Shown: positions 11,921 through 27,304 of the stretch, piece after piece | Layout of the letters: each line of letters begins with the position of its first letter | Position numbering within the stretch: position 1 is the first letter of the stretch | Source of the DNA: Eledone cirrhosa | Taxonomy: Eukaryota | Direction of reading: 5' to 3' | Length of the DNA stretch: 64,000 bases | Assembly (NCBI GenBank): GCA_964016885.1 | Contig: OZ024747.1 | Location: 60,946,001-61,010,000, forward strand | Program-made: the position numbers and the translations under genes | Notes under the pieces: generated by a model | The model's input: the letters and a program-made list of their open reading frames with translations, nothing else | Database searches by the model: none | What the model was told of the DNA's origin: nothing

Positions 11921-12144
11921 TTTCTAAGTGTCAGTTTAACTTCTCTTTCATTGTGACTCATTCTTCTTTGCTGCAGGTTTCTGTATGCATAACATCAGTG
12001 TGATAATGCACATGTTGCATGTGTTATCATGCACAGCAACATATGTTGCAACTTCACTGTGAGCTTTTTGTTAATAACCAACATCCATGACTAACTTATC
12101 GCTGAGAACAATCATGGATACTCCCTTCTCTCATGAATTATCAC

Positions 12145-12305
12145 ATACTCACACACACACATATATATACACACACACACACACATATATATGCACAGAC
12201 ACACACATATATATATACACACACACACACACATATATATACACACACACACATATATATGTACGCAAATATATACAATTACAAATATGAGCATATATAC
12301 ATACA

Positions 12306-12358
<53 letters not shown>

Positions 12359-12912
12359 GGATGTATATATATATATATATATATATATGGATGCACACAA
12401 ACATGCATACAAAGACAAATACTTCAAACCATCTATGTATACATACATAGATGTATGTATACATATGTGTGTATTTATATATATATATATATATATAAAT
12501 GTATATTTATGAGTATATAAATGTATATTTATGAGTATATGTATGTATATTTATATATATATAAATGTATATATATATATGTATGTATATTTATATATAT
12601 GTATATATATATACAAACACATATACAAACACACACACACACACACACACCTATATATATATATATATATATATACATAAATACATGTTGACTTCCACAT
12701 TTGACATATCACATACGCTATCTTTATCACATGCACAAGCATATACACACATACATACACATATATAAACATATGTTGACGTACTTTCTCACACCTACAT
12801 ACACCTACCTACACATCTACCCACCTACATGCACACATCTATGCACACACACACCTATGCACACACACACACACCTATGCACACACACACACCTATGCAC
12901 ACACACACACCT
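12145..12912. repeat. TA/CA compound microsatellites
   Basis: Direct inspection. Confidence 0.9.
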
Positions 12913-13189
12913 ATGCTGAAAGACCAATTCCAACCACTAAGAATGCAAATCCAATCTTTGTGATGTCACAAACAACTGGAAATATTCCAAATGAAATTCC
13001 TAAAATGAATTATAATTGCCCTCTACTTATTGTTATTGTTGTTGCTGTTGCTGTAGTTGTTATTACTGTTGTGGTTGTTGTTGTTGTGGTTGTTGTTGTT
13101 ATGTTGTGTTGTTCTCTACATTTTTCTCTGTTGCACAAGAAAACAGAATGTAACTTAGCATCCACAAATTTAGTTTTTGATGCCCTCAC

Positions 13190-16100
13190 CAACAAATACC
13201 ACCACCAATACAGTAAGAACAACCATCACCACCACAACCTACACTGACACCACCACCACCACAACCTACACTGACACCACCACCACTACCAACACAACCA
13301 CCAACTCCACAACCACCAACACCACAACCACCAACTCCACCAACACCACAACCACCAACACCACAACCACCAACACCACAACCACCAACACCACAACCAC
13401 CAACACCACAACCACCAACTCCACAACCACCAACATCACAACTACCAACACCACAACCACCAACACCACAACCACCAACACCACCAACACCACAACCACC
13501 AACACCACAACCACCAACTCCACAACCACCAACATCACAACTACCAACACCACAACCACCAACACCACAACCACCAACACCACCAACACCACAACCACCA
13601 ACACCACAACCACCAACTCCACAACCACCAACACCACAACCACCAACACCACAACCACCAACACCACAACCACCAACACCACAACCACCAACACCACAAC
13701 CACCAACACCACAACCACCAACACCACAACCACCAACACCACAACCACCAACACCACAACCACCAACACCACAACCACAAACTCCACAACCACCAACACC
13801 ACAACCACCAACTCCACCAACACCACAACCACCAACACCACAACCACAAACTCCACAACCACCAACTCCACAACCACCATCACCACCTCCACCACAACCA
13901 CCAACACCACAACCACCAACACCACAACCACCAACACCACAACCACTAATTCCACAACCACCAACACCACAACCACCAACACCACAACCACAAACTCCAC
14001 AACCACCAACACCACAACCACCAACACCACAACCACAAACTCCACAACTACCAACACCACAACCACCAACACCACAACCACCAACACCACAACCACCAAC
14101 ACCACAACCACCAACACCACAACCACAAACTCCACAACCACCAACACCACAACCACAAACTCCACAACCACCAACACCACAACCACAAACTCCACAACCA
14201 CCAACTCCACAACCACCAACACCACAACCACAAACTCCACAACCACCAACACCACAACCACCAATACCACAACCACCAACACCACAACCACCAACACCAC
14301 AACCACAAACTCCACAACCACCAACACCACAACCACCAACACCACAACCACCAACACCACAACCACCAACACCACAACCACCAACACCACAACCACCAAC
14401 ACCACAACCACTAACACCACAACCACCAACACCACAACCACTAACTCCACAACCACCAACACCACAACCACCAACACCACAACCACCATCACCACCTCCA
14501 CCATCACCACAACCACCAACACCACAACCACCAACACCACAACCACCAACACCACAACCACCAACTCCACAACCACCAACATCACAACTACCAACACCAC
14601 AACCACCAACACCACAACCACCAACACCACAACCACCAACACCACAACCACTAATTCCACAACCACCAACACCACAACCACCAACACCACAACCACCAAC
14701 ACCACAACCACCATCACCACCTCCACCATCACCACAACCACCAACACCACAACCACCAACACCACAACCACCAACACCACAACCACCAACACCACAACCA
14801 CCAACACCACAACCACTAATTCCACAACCACCAACACCACAACCACCAACACCACAACCACCAACACCACAACCACTAATTCCACAACCACCAACACCAC
14901 AACCACCAACACCACAACCACCAACACCACAACCACCATCACCACCTCCACCATCACCACAACCACCAACACCACAACCACCAACACCACAACCACCAAC
15001 ACCACAACCACCAACACCACAACCACCAACACCACAACCACTAATTCCACAACCACCAACACCACAACCACCAACACCACAACCACCAACACCACAACCA
15101 CTAATTCCACAACCACCAACACCACAACCACCAACACCACAACCACCAACACCACAACCACCATCACCACCTCCACCATCACCACCTCCACCATCACCAC
15201 AACCACCAACACCACAACCACCAACACCACAACCACCAACACCACAACCACCAACACCACAACCACCAACACCACAACCACAAACTCCACAACCACCAAC
15301 TCCACAACCACCAACTCCACAACCACCAACTCCACAACCACCAACACCACAACCACCAACACCACAACCACCAACACCACAACCACCAACACCACAACCA
15401 CCAACACCACAACCACCAACACCACAACCACCAACACCACAACCACCAACACCACAACCACTAACACCACAACCACCAACACCACAACCACTAACTCCAC
15501 AACCACCAACACCACAACCACCAACACCACAACCACCATCACCACCTCCACCATCACCACAACCACCAACACCACAACCACCAACACCACAACCACCAAC
15601 ACCACAACCACCAACTCCACAACCACCAACATCACAACTACCAACACCACAACCACCAACACCACAACCACCAACACCACAACCACCAACACCACAACCA
15701 CTAATTCCACAACCACCAACACCACAACCACCAACACCACAACCACCAACACCACAACCACCATCACCACCTCCACCATCACCACAACCACCAACACCAC
15801 AACCACCAACACCACAACCACCAACACCACAACCACCAACACCACAACCACCAACACCACAACCACTAATTCCACAACCACCAACACCACAACCACCAAC
15901 ACCACAACCACCAACACCACAACCACTAATTCCACAACCACCAACACCACAACCACCAACACCACAACCACCAACACCACAACCACCATCACCACCTCCA
16001 CCATCACCACAACCACCAACACCACAACCACCAACACCACAACCACCAACACCACAACCACCAACACCACAACCACCAACACCACAACCACTAATTCCAC

Positions 16101-19100
16101 AACCACCAACACCACAACCACCAACACCACAACCACTAATTCCACAACCACCAACACCACAACCACCAACACCACAACCACCAACACCACAACCACCATC
16201 ACCACCTCCACCATCACCACAACCACCAACACCACAACCACCAACACCACAACCACCAACACCACAACCACCAACACCACAACCACCAACACCACAACCA
16301 CTAATTCCACAACCACCAACACCACAACCACCAACACCACAACCACTAATTCCACAACCACCAACACCACAACCACCAACACCACAACCACCAACACCAC
16401 AACCACCATCACCACCTCCACCATCACCACCTCCACCATCACCACAACCACCAACACCACAACCACCAACACCACAACCACCAACACCACAACCACCAAC
16501 ACCACAACCACCAACACCACAACCACAAACTCCACAACCACCAACTCCACAACCACCAACTCCACAACCACCAACACCACAACCACCAACACCACAACCA
16601 CCAACACCACAACCACCAACACCACAACCACCAACACCACAACCACAAACTCCACAACCACCAACTCCACAACCACCAACACCACAACCACCAACACCAC
16701 AACCACCAACACCACAACCACCAACACCACAACCACCAACACCACAACCACTAATTCCACAACCACCAACACCACAACCACCAACACCACAACCACTAAT
16801 TCCACAACCACCAACACCACAACCACCAACACCACAACCACCAACACCACAACCACCATCACCACCTCCACCATCACCACCTCCACCATCACCACAACCA
16901 CCAACACCACAACCACCAACACCACAACCACCAACACCACAACCACCAACACCACAACCACCAACACCACAACCACAAACTCCACAACCACCAACTCCAC
17001 AACCACCAACTCCACAACCACCAACACCACAACCACCAACACCACAACCACCAACACCACAACCACCAACACCACAACCACCAACACCACAACCACAAAC
17101 TCCACAACCACCAACTCCACAACCACCAACACCACAACCACCAACACCACAACCACCAACACCACAACCACCATCACCACCTCCACCATCACCACAACCA
17201 CCAACACCACAACCACCAACACCACAACCACCAACACCACAACCACCAACACCACAACCACCAACACCACAACCACTAATTCCACAACCACCAACACCAC
17301 AACCACCAACACCACAACCACTAATTCCACAACCACCAACACCACAACCACCAACACCACAACCACCAACACCACAACCACCATCACCACCTCCACCATC
17401 ACCACCTCCACCATCACCACAACCACCAACACCACAACCACCAACACCACAACCACCAACACCACAACCACCAACACCACAACCACCAACACCACAACCA
17501 CAAACTCCACAACCACCAACTCCACAACCACCAACTCCACAACCACCAACACCACAACCACCAACACCACAACCACCAACACCACAACCACCAACACCAC
17601 AACCACCAACTCCACAACCACAAACTCCACAACCACCAACACCACAACCACCAACTCCACAACCACCAACACCACAACCACCAACTCCACAACCACCAAC
17701 ACCACAACCACAAACTCCACAACCACCAACTCCACAACCACCAACACCACCTCCACCATCACCACAACCACCAACACCACAACCACCAACACCACAACCA
17801 CCAACACCACAACCACCAACACCACAACCACCAACACCACAACCACCAACACCACAACCACCAACACCACAACCACCAACACCACAACCACCAACTCCAC
17901 AACCACCAACTCCACAACCACCAACACCACAACCACCAACACCACAACCACCAACACCACAACCACCAACACCACAACCACCAACACCACAACCACCAAC
18001 ACCACAACCACCAACACCACAACCACCAACACCACAACCACCAACACCACAACCACCAACTCCACAACCACCAACTCCACAACCACCAACACCACAACCA
18101 CCAACTCCACAACCACCAACTCCACAACCACCAACACCACAACCACCAACACCACAACCACCAACACCACAACCACCAACACCACAACCACCAACACCAC
18201 AACCACCAACACCACAACCACCAACACCACAACCACCAACACCACAACCACCAACACCACAACCACCAACTCCACAACCACCAACTCCACAACCACCAAC
18301 ACCACAACCACCAACACCACAACCACCAACACCACAACCACCAACACCACAACCACCAACACCACAACCACCAACACCACAACCACCAACACCACAACCA
18401 CCAACACCACAACCACCAACACCACAACCACCAACACCACAACCACCAACACCACAACCACCAACACCACAACCACCAACTCCACAACCACCAACTCCAC
18501 AACCACCAACACCACAACCACCAACACCACAACCACCAACACCACAACCACCAACACCACAACCACCAACACCACAACCACCAACTCCACAACCACCAAC
18601 TCCACAACCACCAACACCACAACCACCAACACCACAACCACCAACACCACAACCACCAACTCCACAACCACCAACTCCACAACCACCAACACCACAACCA
18701 CCAACACCACAACCACCAACACCACAACCACCAACACCACAACCACCAACACCACAACCACCAACACCACAACCACCAACACCACAACCACCAACTCCAC
18801 AACCACCAACTCCACAACCACCAACACCACAACCACCAACACCACAACCACCAACACCACAACCACCAACACCACAACCACCAACACCACAACCACCAAC
18901 ACCACAACCACCAACACCACAACCACCAACACCACAACCACCAACTCCACAACCACCAACTCCACAACCACCAACACCACAACCACCAACACCACAACCA
19001 CCAACACCACAACCACCAACACCACAACCACCAACTCCACAACTACCAACACCACAACCACAACCGCCAACTCCACCAACACCACAACCACCAACACCAC

Positions 19101-19890
19101 AACCACCAACACCACAACCACCAACTCCACAACTACCAACACCACAACCACAACCACCAACTCCACAACCACCAACACCACAACCACCAACACCACAACC
19201 ACCAACACCAACACCACAACCACCAACTCCACAACTACCAACACCACAACCACAACCACCAACTCCACCAACACCACAACCACCAACACCACAACCACCA
19301 ACACCACAACCACCAACACCACAACCACCAACTCCACAACCACCAACTCCACAACCACCAACACCACAACCACCAACACCACAACCACCAACACCACAAC
19401 CACCAACACCACAACCACCAACTCCACAACTACCAACACCACAACCACAACCGCCAACTCCACCAACACCACAACCACCAACACCACAACCACCAACACC
19501 ACAACCACCAACTCCACAACTACCAACACCACAACCACAACCACCAACTCCACAACCACCAACACCACAACCACCAACTCCACAACTACCAACACCAACA
19601 CCACAACCACCAACTCCACAACTACCAACACCACAACCACAACCACCAACTCCACCAACACCACAACCACCAACTCCACAACCACCAACCCCACAACCAC
19701 CAACACCACCACCAATAAGACAACCAAAGCCAATGTTACAGTCACCACTACAACAACTATAAAGCAAACACTTCAACCACCAACAAAATACCTACCATTA
19801 AAATCACCACCAACACAACAACCATTAAAACAACCGCCACCAACAATACAACCTCCACCAACACAACCACCACCAACACAAAACCTTACC
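13190..19890 (+). repeat. 15-bp minisatellite (AACACCACAACCACC)n, about 430 units, with higher-order variant patterns; open frame 13177-19941
   Basis: Direct inspection; variants AACTCC, ACTAATTCC, ACAAACTCC and ATCACCACCTCCACCATC recur in blocks; both edges are degenerate. Confidence 0.95.
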
Positions 19891-19897
19891 ATAATCA

Positions 19898-19952
19898 TGT
19901 CCAGACCCATGCTAGCGTGGAAGATGGACGTTAAACAATGATAATGATGATG
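19898..19952 (+). mobile_element. Short RTE-type 3' tail
   Basis: ACCCATGCTAGCGTGGAAGATGGACGTTAAACAATGATAATGATG. Confidence 0.85.
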
Positions 19953-20190
19953 CTCGTTCTTGATGAAGGACTAATATCCAATACATTCAAACATTTATTT
20001 TCCTTTTCCAACAAGTGTGAAACTAATAAGATTATGTGTTATATTGCTGTGTTTGTCTTTTTTTTTTTATCTCATACATAATTAATTAATATATCGTATT
20101 TTTACTCCAATAATTTGTTGAGTGCTTTACATCAGTTATAAAAATATTTGCTTGTTGTATCCCAACAATTTAAATAGAACTTCTACATAT
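19953..20190 (+). mobile_element. Decayed PLE pLTR-like element
   Basis: TTGATGAAGGACTAATATCCAATACATT resembles CTGATGAAGGACTAGCGTCCGAAACGTT; the 3' part matches 6505-6590. Confidence 0.5.
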
Positions 20191-20196
20191 ATACAT

Positions 20197-20508
20197 ACAT
20201 CATCATCATTTCATTTCATTTTACGTCCGCTTTTCCCTGCTTGCAAGGGTGGGACAGGAACTGATTCTGGCTTGATTTCTACAGCTGGATGCCCTTCCTA
20301 ACACCAACCTCATTTATAGTGAGTGCTGGGTGCTTTTTTGCCGTGGCACCTTCACGACCACTTTGCAGTGGAATGATAGGGACCCCAGTCCCTATCATCT
20401 CATTTCTACAGCTGAGTAAACTGGAGCAATGTGAAATAAAGTGTCTTGCTCAAGGAAACAACACATCACCCGGTCTGAGAATTGAACTCACCCGGTCTGA
20501 GAATTGAA
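20197..20508 (-). mobile_element. CORE-like SINE with RTE-type tail
   Basis: Minus strand B box GTTCAATTC, TTTCCTTGAGCAAGACACTTTATTTCACATTGCTCCAG, tail shared with 9650-9800, (GAT)n end. Confidence 0.85.
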
Positions 20509-20600
20509 CATATATATGTATATATATGTATGTGCATGTGTGTATATATGTATATACATGTGCATGTGTGTATATGTGTATGTATATATGTATATACATA

Positions 20601-20643
<43 letters not shown>

Positions 20644-20831
20644 ATATGTGTGTGTATATATGTATATACATATATATGTATATATTTTTTTTCTCTCTTT
20701 TTTTCTCTCTTTTTTTCTCTCTTTCTTTCTCTCTGTGTAAAATTTTTTCACTGCCAATCCAACCTCTTCAAGTGCAGGTCGGTGTTGTTACGGTGTGTCG
20801 AATCTATTTATCTATAAAACTGTTTATATTG

Positions 20832-20897
20832 TGTTTTGTCTGAGGAAGGCATAGCATATTGTTAATATGATGTCCCCGAAATATATATAATGAAATA
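20832..20897 (+). ncRNA. Hammerhead ribozyme motif (family A)
   Basis: TGTTTTGT-CTGAGGA-AGG..CATATT GTT AATATG..CC-GAAA-TATATA-TA-ATGAAATA. Confidence 0.65.
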
Positions 20898-21101
20898 AAT
20901 ATGGTTTTATAAATATAGTTTTCCATTTATTTAATATTGTAAATATACTCCAAATATTTGTCGAGTGCTTTTATATCAGTTATAAATATTTACTAGTTGT
21001 AACCCAACAATTTTAAATATAACTTTACATGTATATATGTATATATATATGTGTGTGTGTGTGTGCATGTGGGTATATGTGTGTATATATGTATATACAT
21101 A

Positions 21102-21138
<37 letters not shown>

Positions 21139-21726
21139 GCATGTGTGTATATGTGTGTGTATATATGTATATACATATGCATGTGTGTATATGTGTATGT
21201 ATATATGTATATACATATATATGTATATATATATGTAGATACATATATATGTATATATACATGTAGATAAATCTACCAAAATATCTAACTCTTATTTACA
21301 TATTTATACGAATTAATATAAATGTATCCCTATAAATATACCTATAAATTAAATTAATTTAATTTCTTTTTATAGATCTATATTCCTCATGTTTTAAATA
21401 AGATTGATATTTTTCACTAACACATTTATAGTAAAATTTTATTCTCCTTAGATTTTAACACTAGCATTATTCTTTAATAACATCAAATGTTCGTGTACCT
21501 TTCACCGGCTTGACTTATTTTCATCCCCAAAGTAATCTTTTCATTCAAAATACTCTTTCCATTCAAAACTGAAGTCTGCGTTCCTCTACCCTTAAATTAA
21601 ATTTCTACTACTACTATTCTATCAACTTGACCACTTACTACTTTTCTATTGGTCAATTCAAAACCTGTTCCCAAACAGACCTATTATATTAAATCTTTGT
21701 TGGTTTTTTTCAATAAACAAATATCA

Positions 21727-21856
21727 TTATTTCTGAAGACAGCATATATATGTGTAGGTATGTATATTCCCTCTGATAGTTTGTAAAATGTTTACATAGA
21801 TCTATATGATATACATACCAACACACACATATATATCCTAGAAACGATCATAAAAT
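21727..21856 (+). ncRNA. Hammerhead motif with long stem II, related to 7032-7167
   Basis: ATTT-CTGAAGA-CAG...CTA-GAAA-CGATCA-TA-AAAT; internal ATAGTTTGT..TTACATAGATC is shared with 7086-7110. Confidence 0.5.
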
Positions 21857-21930
21857 GAATTTTTTAATATAAGGAACTGTTTCTTTGTTTTTATTCATTA
21901 TTTTTTATTAATTTATGTATATATATATAT

Positions 21931-21964
<34 letters not shown>

Positions 21965-22600
21965 GTATATACATACGCACATGCACACACACATGCGCAC
22001 ACACATACACACACATGAAGTGAAGTTTATTTGTTGTGGAAGAAAAGAGGCACTCAGCAAATACAACAATTATGGTTTATTATTTATAACTTTGTTTCAT
22101 CTCCCAAAAGGGAAAATACGACTGCTTTGAATTGTAAATACAGTCGATGATTATAATGTTCAACAAGGCCTTAGAGTTGTGTAAGCAATCACTTTTTTTA
22201 CCCTTGGGTAAAAAAGTGACAAGTTGGTAGTAAAATTGCCAATGTCTTGCCACCGAAATAATTATAGTAAACCGTACTGTCAAACAGACGATGTATGAGA
22301 GAATGTGTGTTACTAAGGCCAAACGATGGCACATATACTCACATAAGTAGGTATGTTTTTGTACTCAAATACTTATGGCCGATGTTTATATATACACAAC
22401 ATTTTAACGATCATCACAAACTCTTTAATTTTTGTTGAATCACCAGTCTGCAGAGCAGATCAATGCTGGAGTCAGGTCCAAAACTTCTATGGATGACCTT
22501 GAACCAATCATCTGTGAAACACATGTAAAAGGTTAATACACAATAAAAACATAAATACATGTAAATAAAACCATCATTCTTCTTCTTATTATTATTATAT

Positions 22601-23436
22601 ATGCATGCTCCGCTGGATGTGTAATAGTAATATACGTGAACGACAAAGCATAAACGAACTAAGGAAAAAATTAGAAATAAGAGGGATCAGATGTTGTTTA
22701 CTAGAGAGAAGGCTACGTTGGTATGGTCACGTGATGCGCATGAAGGATGATAGCTGTATAACAAAGTGCAGGGCAATAAAGATAGACGGTAGCCACGGAA
22801 TAGGCAGACCCAGAAAAACCTGGGACGAGCTGATAAACTCCGACCTCACACACTTACACCTCACCAAGACAATGTCACTGGACCGAGACCTTTGGCGGTA
22901 CTCAGTAATAGAGAAGACCCGCCTTACCTAAATACAAAGTAAAACCTACTACAGTCAGTAGGCATCTCTAACAAAATACACCCCCGTCCCACCACCCCCA
23001 CCCCATCCACACCGCCCCCTTCTATGTAAAGTTATGTTGGTGCCACACCATCCAGGCCGAAACAAATGAGATCGTGTAGGTGTCACGACAAAAAAACACA
23101 CAGTCCACGCTGTAATGTGGCCGTGTAGGCAACACGGCAAAAACCTCCCAGACCCACACTGTAAATGTGGTTGGTGTTAGGAAGGGCATCCAACTGTAGA
23201 AAACCAGCCAGACAGTCCACGCTGTAATGTGGCCGTGTAGGCAACACGGCAAAAACCTCCCAGACCCACGCTGTAAATGTGGTTGGTGTTAGGAAGGGCA
23301 TCCAACTGTAGAAAACCTGCCAGACAGTCCTATGCGAGCAAGACAATCACTCTTGCCTCAAGTGGGAATACCCCCGTCCAAACCCATGCAAGCGTGGAAC
23401 ACGGACGTTAAACGTTGATGATGATGATGATGATGA
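22601..23436 (+). mobile_element. 5'-truncated RTE LINE (ORF end 22605-22931) with C-rich spacer, internally duplicated 3' tail and (GAT)n
   Basis: MLRWMCNSNIRERQSINELR...RLRWYGHVMRMKDDSCI...GRPRKTW; same family as 9166-9615. Confidence 0.9.
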
Positions 23437-23539
23437 TACAGTGTCCAAAACATTAAGACTATCTTCCGGCTATTTTAAGCGTTAAACTACTATATTTCTT
23501 TCATATACAGTGCCGTTTGTTTTGTTATTACTTTTACAT

Positions 23540-23587
<48 letters not shown>

Positions 23588-23845
23588 GTATAGGTGTCAC
23601 AAGAAAAAAACACACAGTCCACGCTGTAATGTGGCCGTGTCTTGGTAACACGGTAAAAAGTTCCCAGTTCCACACTGTAAATGTTGTTGTTGTTAGGAAG
23701 GGTATCCAGCTGTAGCAAACCTGCCAGATAGTCCTATATGAGCGAGACATGGTCACCCGACCAACCTTGCCTCAAGTGGGACAACTCCCGTCTAACCCAT
23801 GCTAGCATGGAAGATGGACGTTAAACGAAGATGATGATGATGATG
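23588..23845 (+). mobile_element. RTE-type 3' tail copy
   Basis: Matches 23075-23436; ends in (GAT)n. Confidence 0.85.
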
Positions 23846-23869
23846 AAATATATATAGATGACAAAAGAA

Positions 23870-24072
23870 ACTGAGCCCGCATTGGGCACTGAGCTCACAC
23901 TGTAAATGTGGTTGCCGTTAGGAAGGGCTTCCAGTGGTAGAAACCGAACCAAAATGAGTTGTGTGTGAGAGAAACACAGTCCTACAACCTGGATTTCTCA
24001 CAACAGGACAGCCCATTCTACCTTTGCTAGCATTGAAAATGGATGTTAAACAATAAACGATGATGATGATGA
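23870..24072 (+). mobile_element. Older RTE-type tail copy
   Basis: CACACTGTAAATGTGGTTG..GTTAGGAAGGGC...TGCTAGC..GGATGTTAAAC..GATGATG. Confidence 0.7.
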
Positions 24073-24074
24073 CC

Positions 24075-24196
24075 ATATACTTATATATATATATATATAT
24101 ACATATATATATACAAAAAAATATATATACATATATATATAAAAATATATATACATATTATATATATATATGAGAGTATTGAAGTTTGCTTGAAGA

Positions 24197-24248
<52 letters not shown>

Positions 24249-24355
24249 AAAAATATATATTAAATATATATAAATATATATATACATAAATATATATAAA
24301 TATACACATATATACATATAAATATATACATATATACATATATACATATAAATAT

Positions 24356-24406
<51 letters not shown>

Positions 24407-24650
24407 ATATATTAAATATATATAAATATATATATATACATAAATATATATACATATATACATATAAATATATACATATATATATATATATATAAATATA
24501 TACATATATATACATATATATCTATATATATATATAAAAAATATATATTAAATATATACAAATATATACATACATATATATATACATACATATATACATA
24601 CATATAAATAAATATATATATATATACATATATACATACACGCAAACACA
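24075..24650. repeat. (TA)n-rich region with local duplications
   Basis: Direct inspection. Confidence 0.9.
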
Positions 24651-24680
24651 CACAATAAAGGCAGATAAAAGGAATAAATG

Positions 24681-24806
24681 GTTTATTCTGATGAGAGCGA
24701 TAAAGTAAGAAGAATTGTTTTCTGTTGTCCGTCTATCAATAATGGTAGTACCAAGTATTAATATTGATAAGTGTGTTGTGCTGTAACAATCTTGAAACAC
24801 TGAATA
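24681..24806 (+). ncRNA. Possible degenerate hammerhead motif
   Basis: TATT-CTGATGA-GAG...CTT-GAAA-CAC-TG-AATA; the cleavage triplet is non-canonical. Confidence 0.3.
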
Positions 24807-24944
24807 CAGCCACATTGAATTTATTTAAAACTTGTAAAAACATTGTAGAACATCATAAATATTACAATATCTAAGATTAAATAAAAATTTAATGAGACAT
24901 TTTATATCAGACATCATTGATTTTGAAATATTAATACTTAATAC

Positions 24945-25497
24945 ATCATTGATTATCATCATCATCATCATCAGTATCAGCATCAGTATCAGCATCAGTA
25001 TCAGCATGATTATTATCAGCAGCAGCAGCAGCAGCAGCATTATCATCATCATGATCATCATGATCATCATGATCATCATCATCATCATCACCATGATTAT
25101 CATTATGATTATCATGAGCATTGTCATCATCATCATCATCATCAACGTCGTCTTGATCATCACCATCGCCATCATCATCATCATCATCATCATCGTTGTC
25201 GTCATCGTAGTCATCAACACCACCATCATCACCGTCGTCATCACCATTGTTATCATCATCATCATCATTGTTATCATCATCATCATCATCATCAGCGTCA
25301 TCATTATCACCATCATCGTGATCATCATCGTCATCATCAATGTCATCATCAATGGCATCATCATCGTCTTCATCATCTTCATCATCTTCATCATCATTAT
25401 CATCATCATCATCATCACCATCATTGTCTTCATCATTATCATCATCATCATCATCACCATCATTGTCTTCATCATCATCATCATCATCATCTTCAAC
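24945..25497. repeat. (CAT)n microsatellite
   Basis: Direct inspection. Confidence 0.95.
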
Positions 25498-25821
25498 ATG
25501 TAATAGTAGTAGTAAGAGTTTGTCTGCTGATCAGTAAAGAGTCAAGTTGTCCTGACTGAAACAAAGATTTCCTAATAAGGACTGAACACAATAGAATCAA
25601 ATTCCCATTGCCACTGCTTCCATCTCTTTTGCTCTCCCCATCTCTTGCTATTATAAGCGAATAAGAGCCCACGTGTTGGCTACACCGTGGCCCCACCTGA
25701 CAAAATAGAGAAAGCTTTTATGATAATGAAAGGGTTAAAATGTCAGTTAGTGTCATGATGATGATGATGAGGTTTTCAGTAGTTTGATGCAAGTTTCTAA
25801 TCCACTATCTGGTGTATTGCC

Positions 25822-26008
25822 AGTGGATTGGCAGTATCAGTAGAGGGTCGGACGCCATGCTTTGACGCATAGAGTTACGGCCCTTCTGAGTTGAAATGCT
25901 GCCGAGGTTAACTTTGCTTTTCATCCTTACGAGGTCCATAAAATAAAGTACCAGTAATGTACTGGGATAATTGCTGGCCTTGTGCCAAAAGTAGAAACAA
26001 TTATTAGA
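25822..26008 (+). mobile_element. Meta/MESC-like tRNA SINE
   Basis: Homologous to the 210-bp array unit. Confidence 0.85.
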
Positions 26009-26031
26009 AGGTCCCGATGTGGAATAGCCAT

Positions 26032-26360
26032 AAGGTGCATGGCTTAGTGGTTAGAGCATTGGACTTGCAATCGAGAGGTTGTGAGTTTGATTCTCGGATT
26101 GGGTGATGTGTTGTGTCCTTGAGCAAGACACTTTATTTCCCATTGCTCCAGTTTATTCAGCTGTAAAAATGAGTTGCGGTGTTACTGGTGCCAAACTGTA
26201 TCAGCCATTGCCTTTCTCTTGGACAACATCCGTGGTGTGGAGAGTGGAATGCATGGGTGACTGCTGGTCTTCCACAAAAAACCTTGCCCAGACTTTTGTC
26301 TTGGAGGGGAACTTTCTAGGTGCAAATGGTCATTTGTGACTGAAGGGGTCTTTACCCTTT
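26032..26360 (+). mobile_element. CORE-like tRNA SINE
   Basis: A box TGGCTTAGTGG, B-box-like GTTTGATTC, GTGTCCTTGAGCAAGACACTTTA block. Confidence 0.8.
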
Positions 26361-27304
26361 ATTTTTGTAATAACTGGTGGGCTACTTCTGTTGAAGTGTA
26401 TTGTACAGCATTGACTTGAGGGGTTTATTGTTAAATGCACCCAGTACACTCTGTAAAATAAAAAGATTTTAAAAATTTATAGCAGATTTATGTTTATCAT
26501 ACATGAATTTCATATACAGCTGGATGATGAGCTACGCTATGTTAATGCCAATTCTAATTACCTCCCTTTCACCAGCCAAGTTTACACTATACACAAATGA
26601 GCCCCTCCAGCTGATGTTTTATATGCAAAGACCATATGTTTGTATGTTACATATGTTTTGCTTTGTTGTGGTAATTAATTTATTTCATCTTAACGTGTAG
26701 AGTATGTTCAACATGGGTTTTGGGTATTTTTAAGGCAGGAGATTGGCAGAATCACTGGAACAGGATCATATCCTATATATACATACATACACACACACAC
26801 CATTATAACTTAATATATATCCTATATATATATATATACATACGCTCACACACACACACATACCCACATACACACCATTATAACATAATATATATCCTCT
26901 ATATATACATACACACACAAACACACCATTATAACATATAAATCCTATACATACATATGCACACACACACAAACACACCATTATAACATAATATATATCC
27001 TCTACATACATACACACACACAAACACACACCATTATAACATAATATATATTCTATTCATACACATGTGTACACACAAACACACACAATTATAACATTCC
27101 ACATTTATGATGTACTTCCAGTAAGAAAATAAACTGAAAATCTATATTTGAAATTTTAATTTATTGAAGATGAAATATAAAGATATCTCAGCTAATGGCT
27201 TCTCATCACCTTATATAGCCACAATTCTATGTTTTATATATACTACAAGATTTTTTTTTTCAACATGCTGATGTGTATATGAGTATATTATAGATGTGCA
27301 ACAT

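Noticed and set aside
13186-19776. Minus-strand (GGCGV)n and (VVVVL)n ORFs as keratin- or elastin-like proteins
   Set aside because: Mirror frames of the 15-bp minisatellite; openness follows from base composition.
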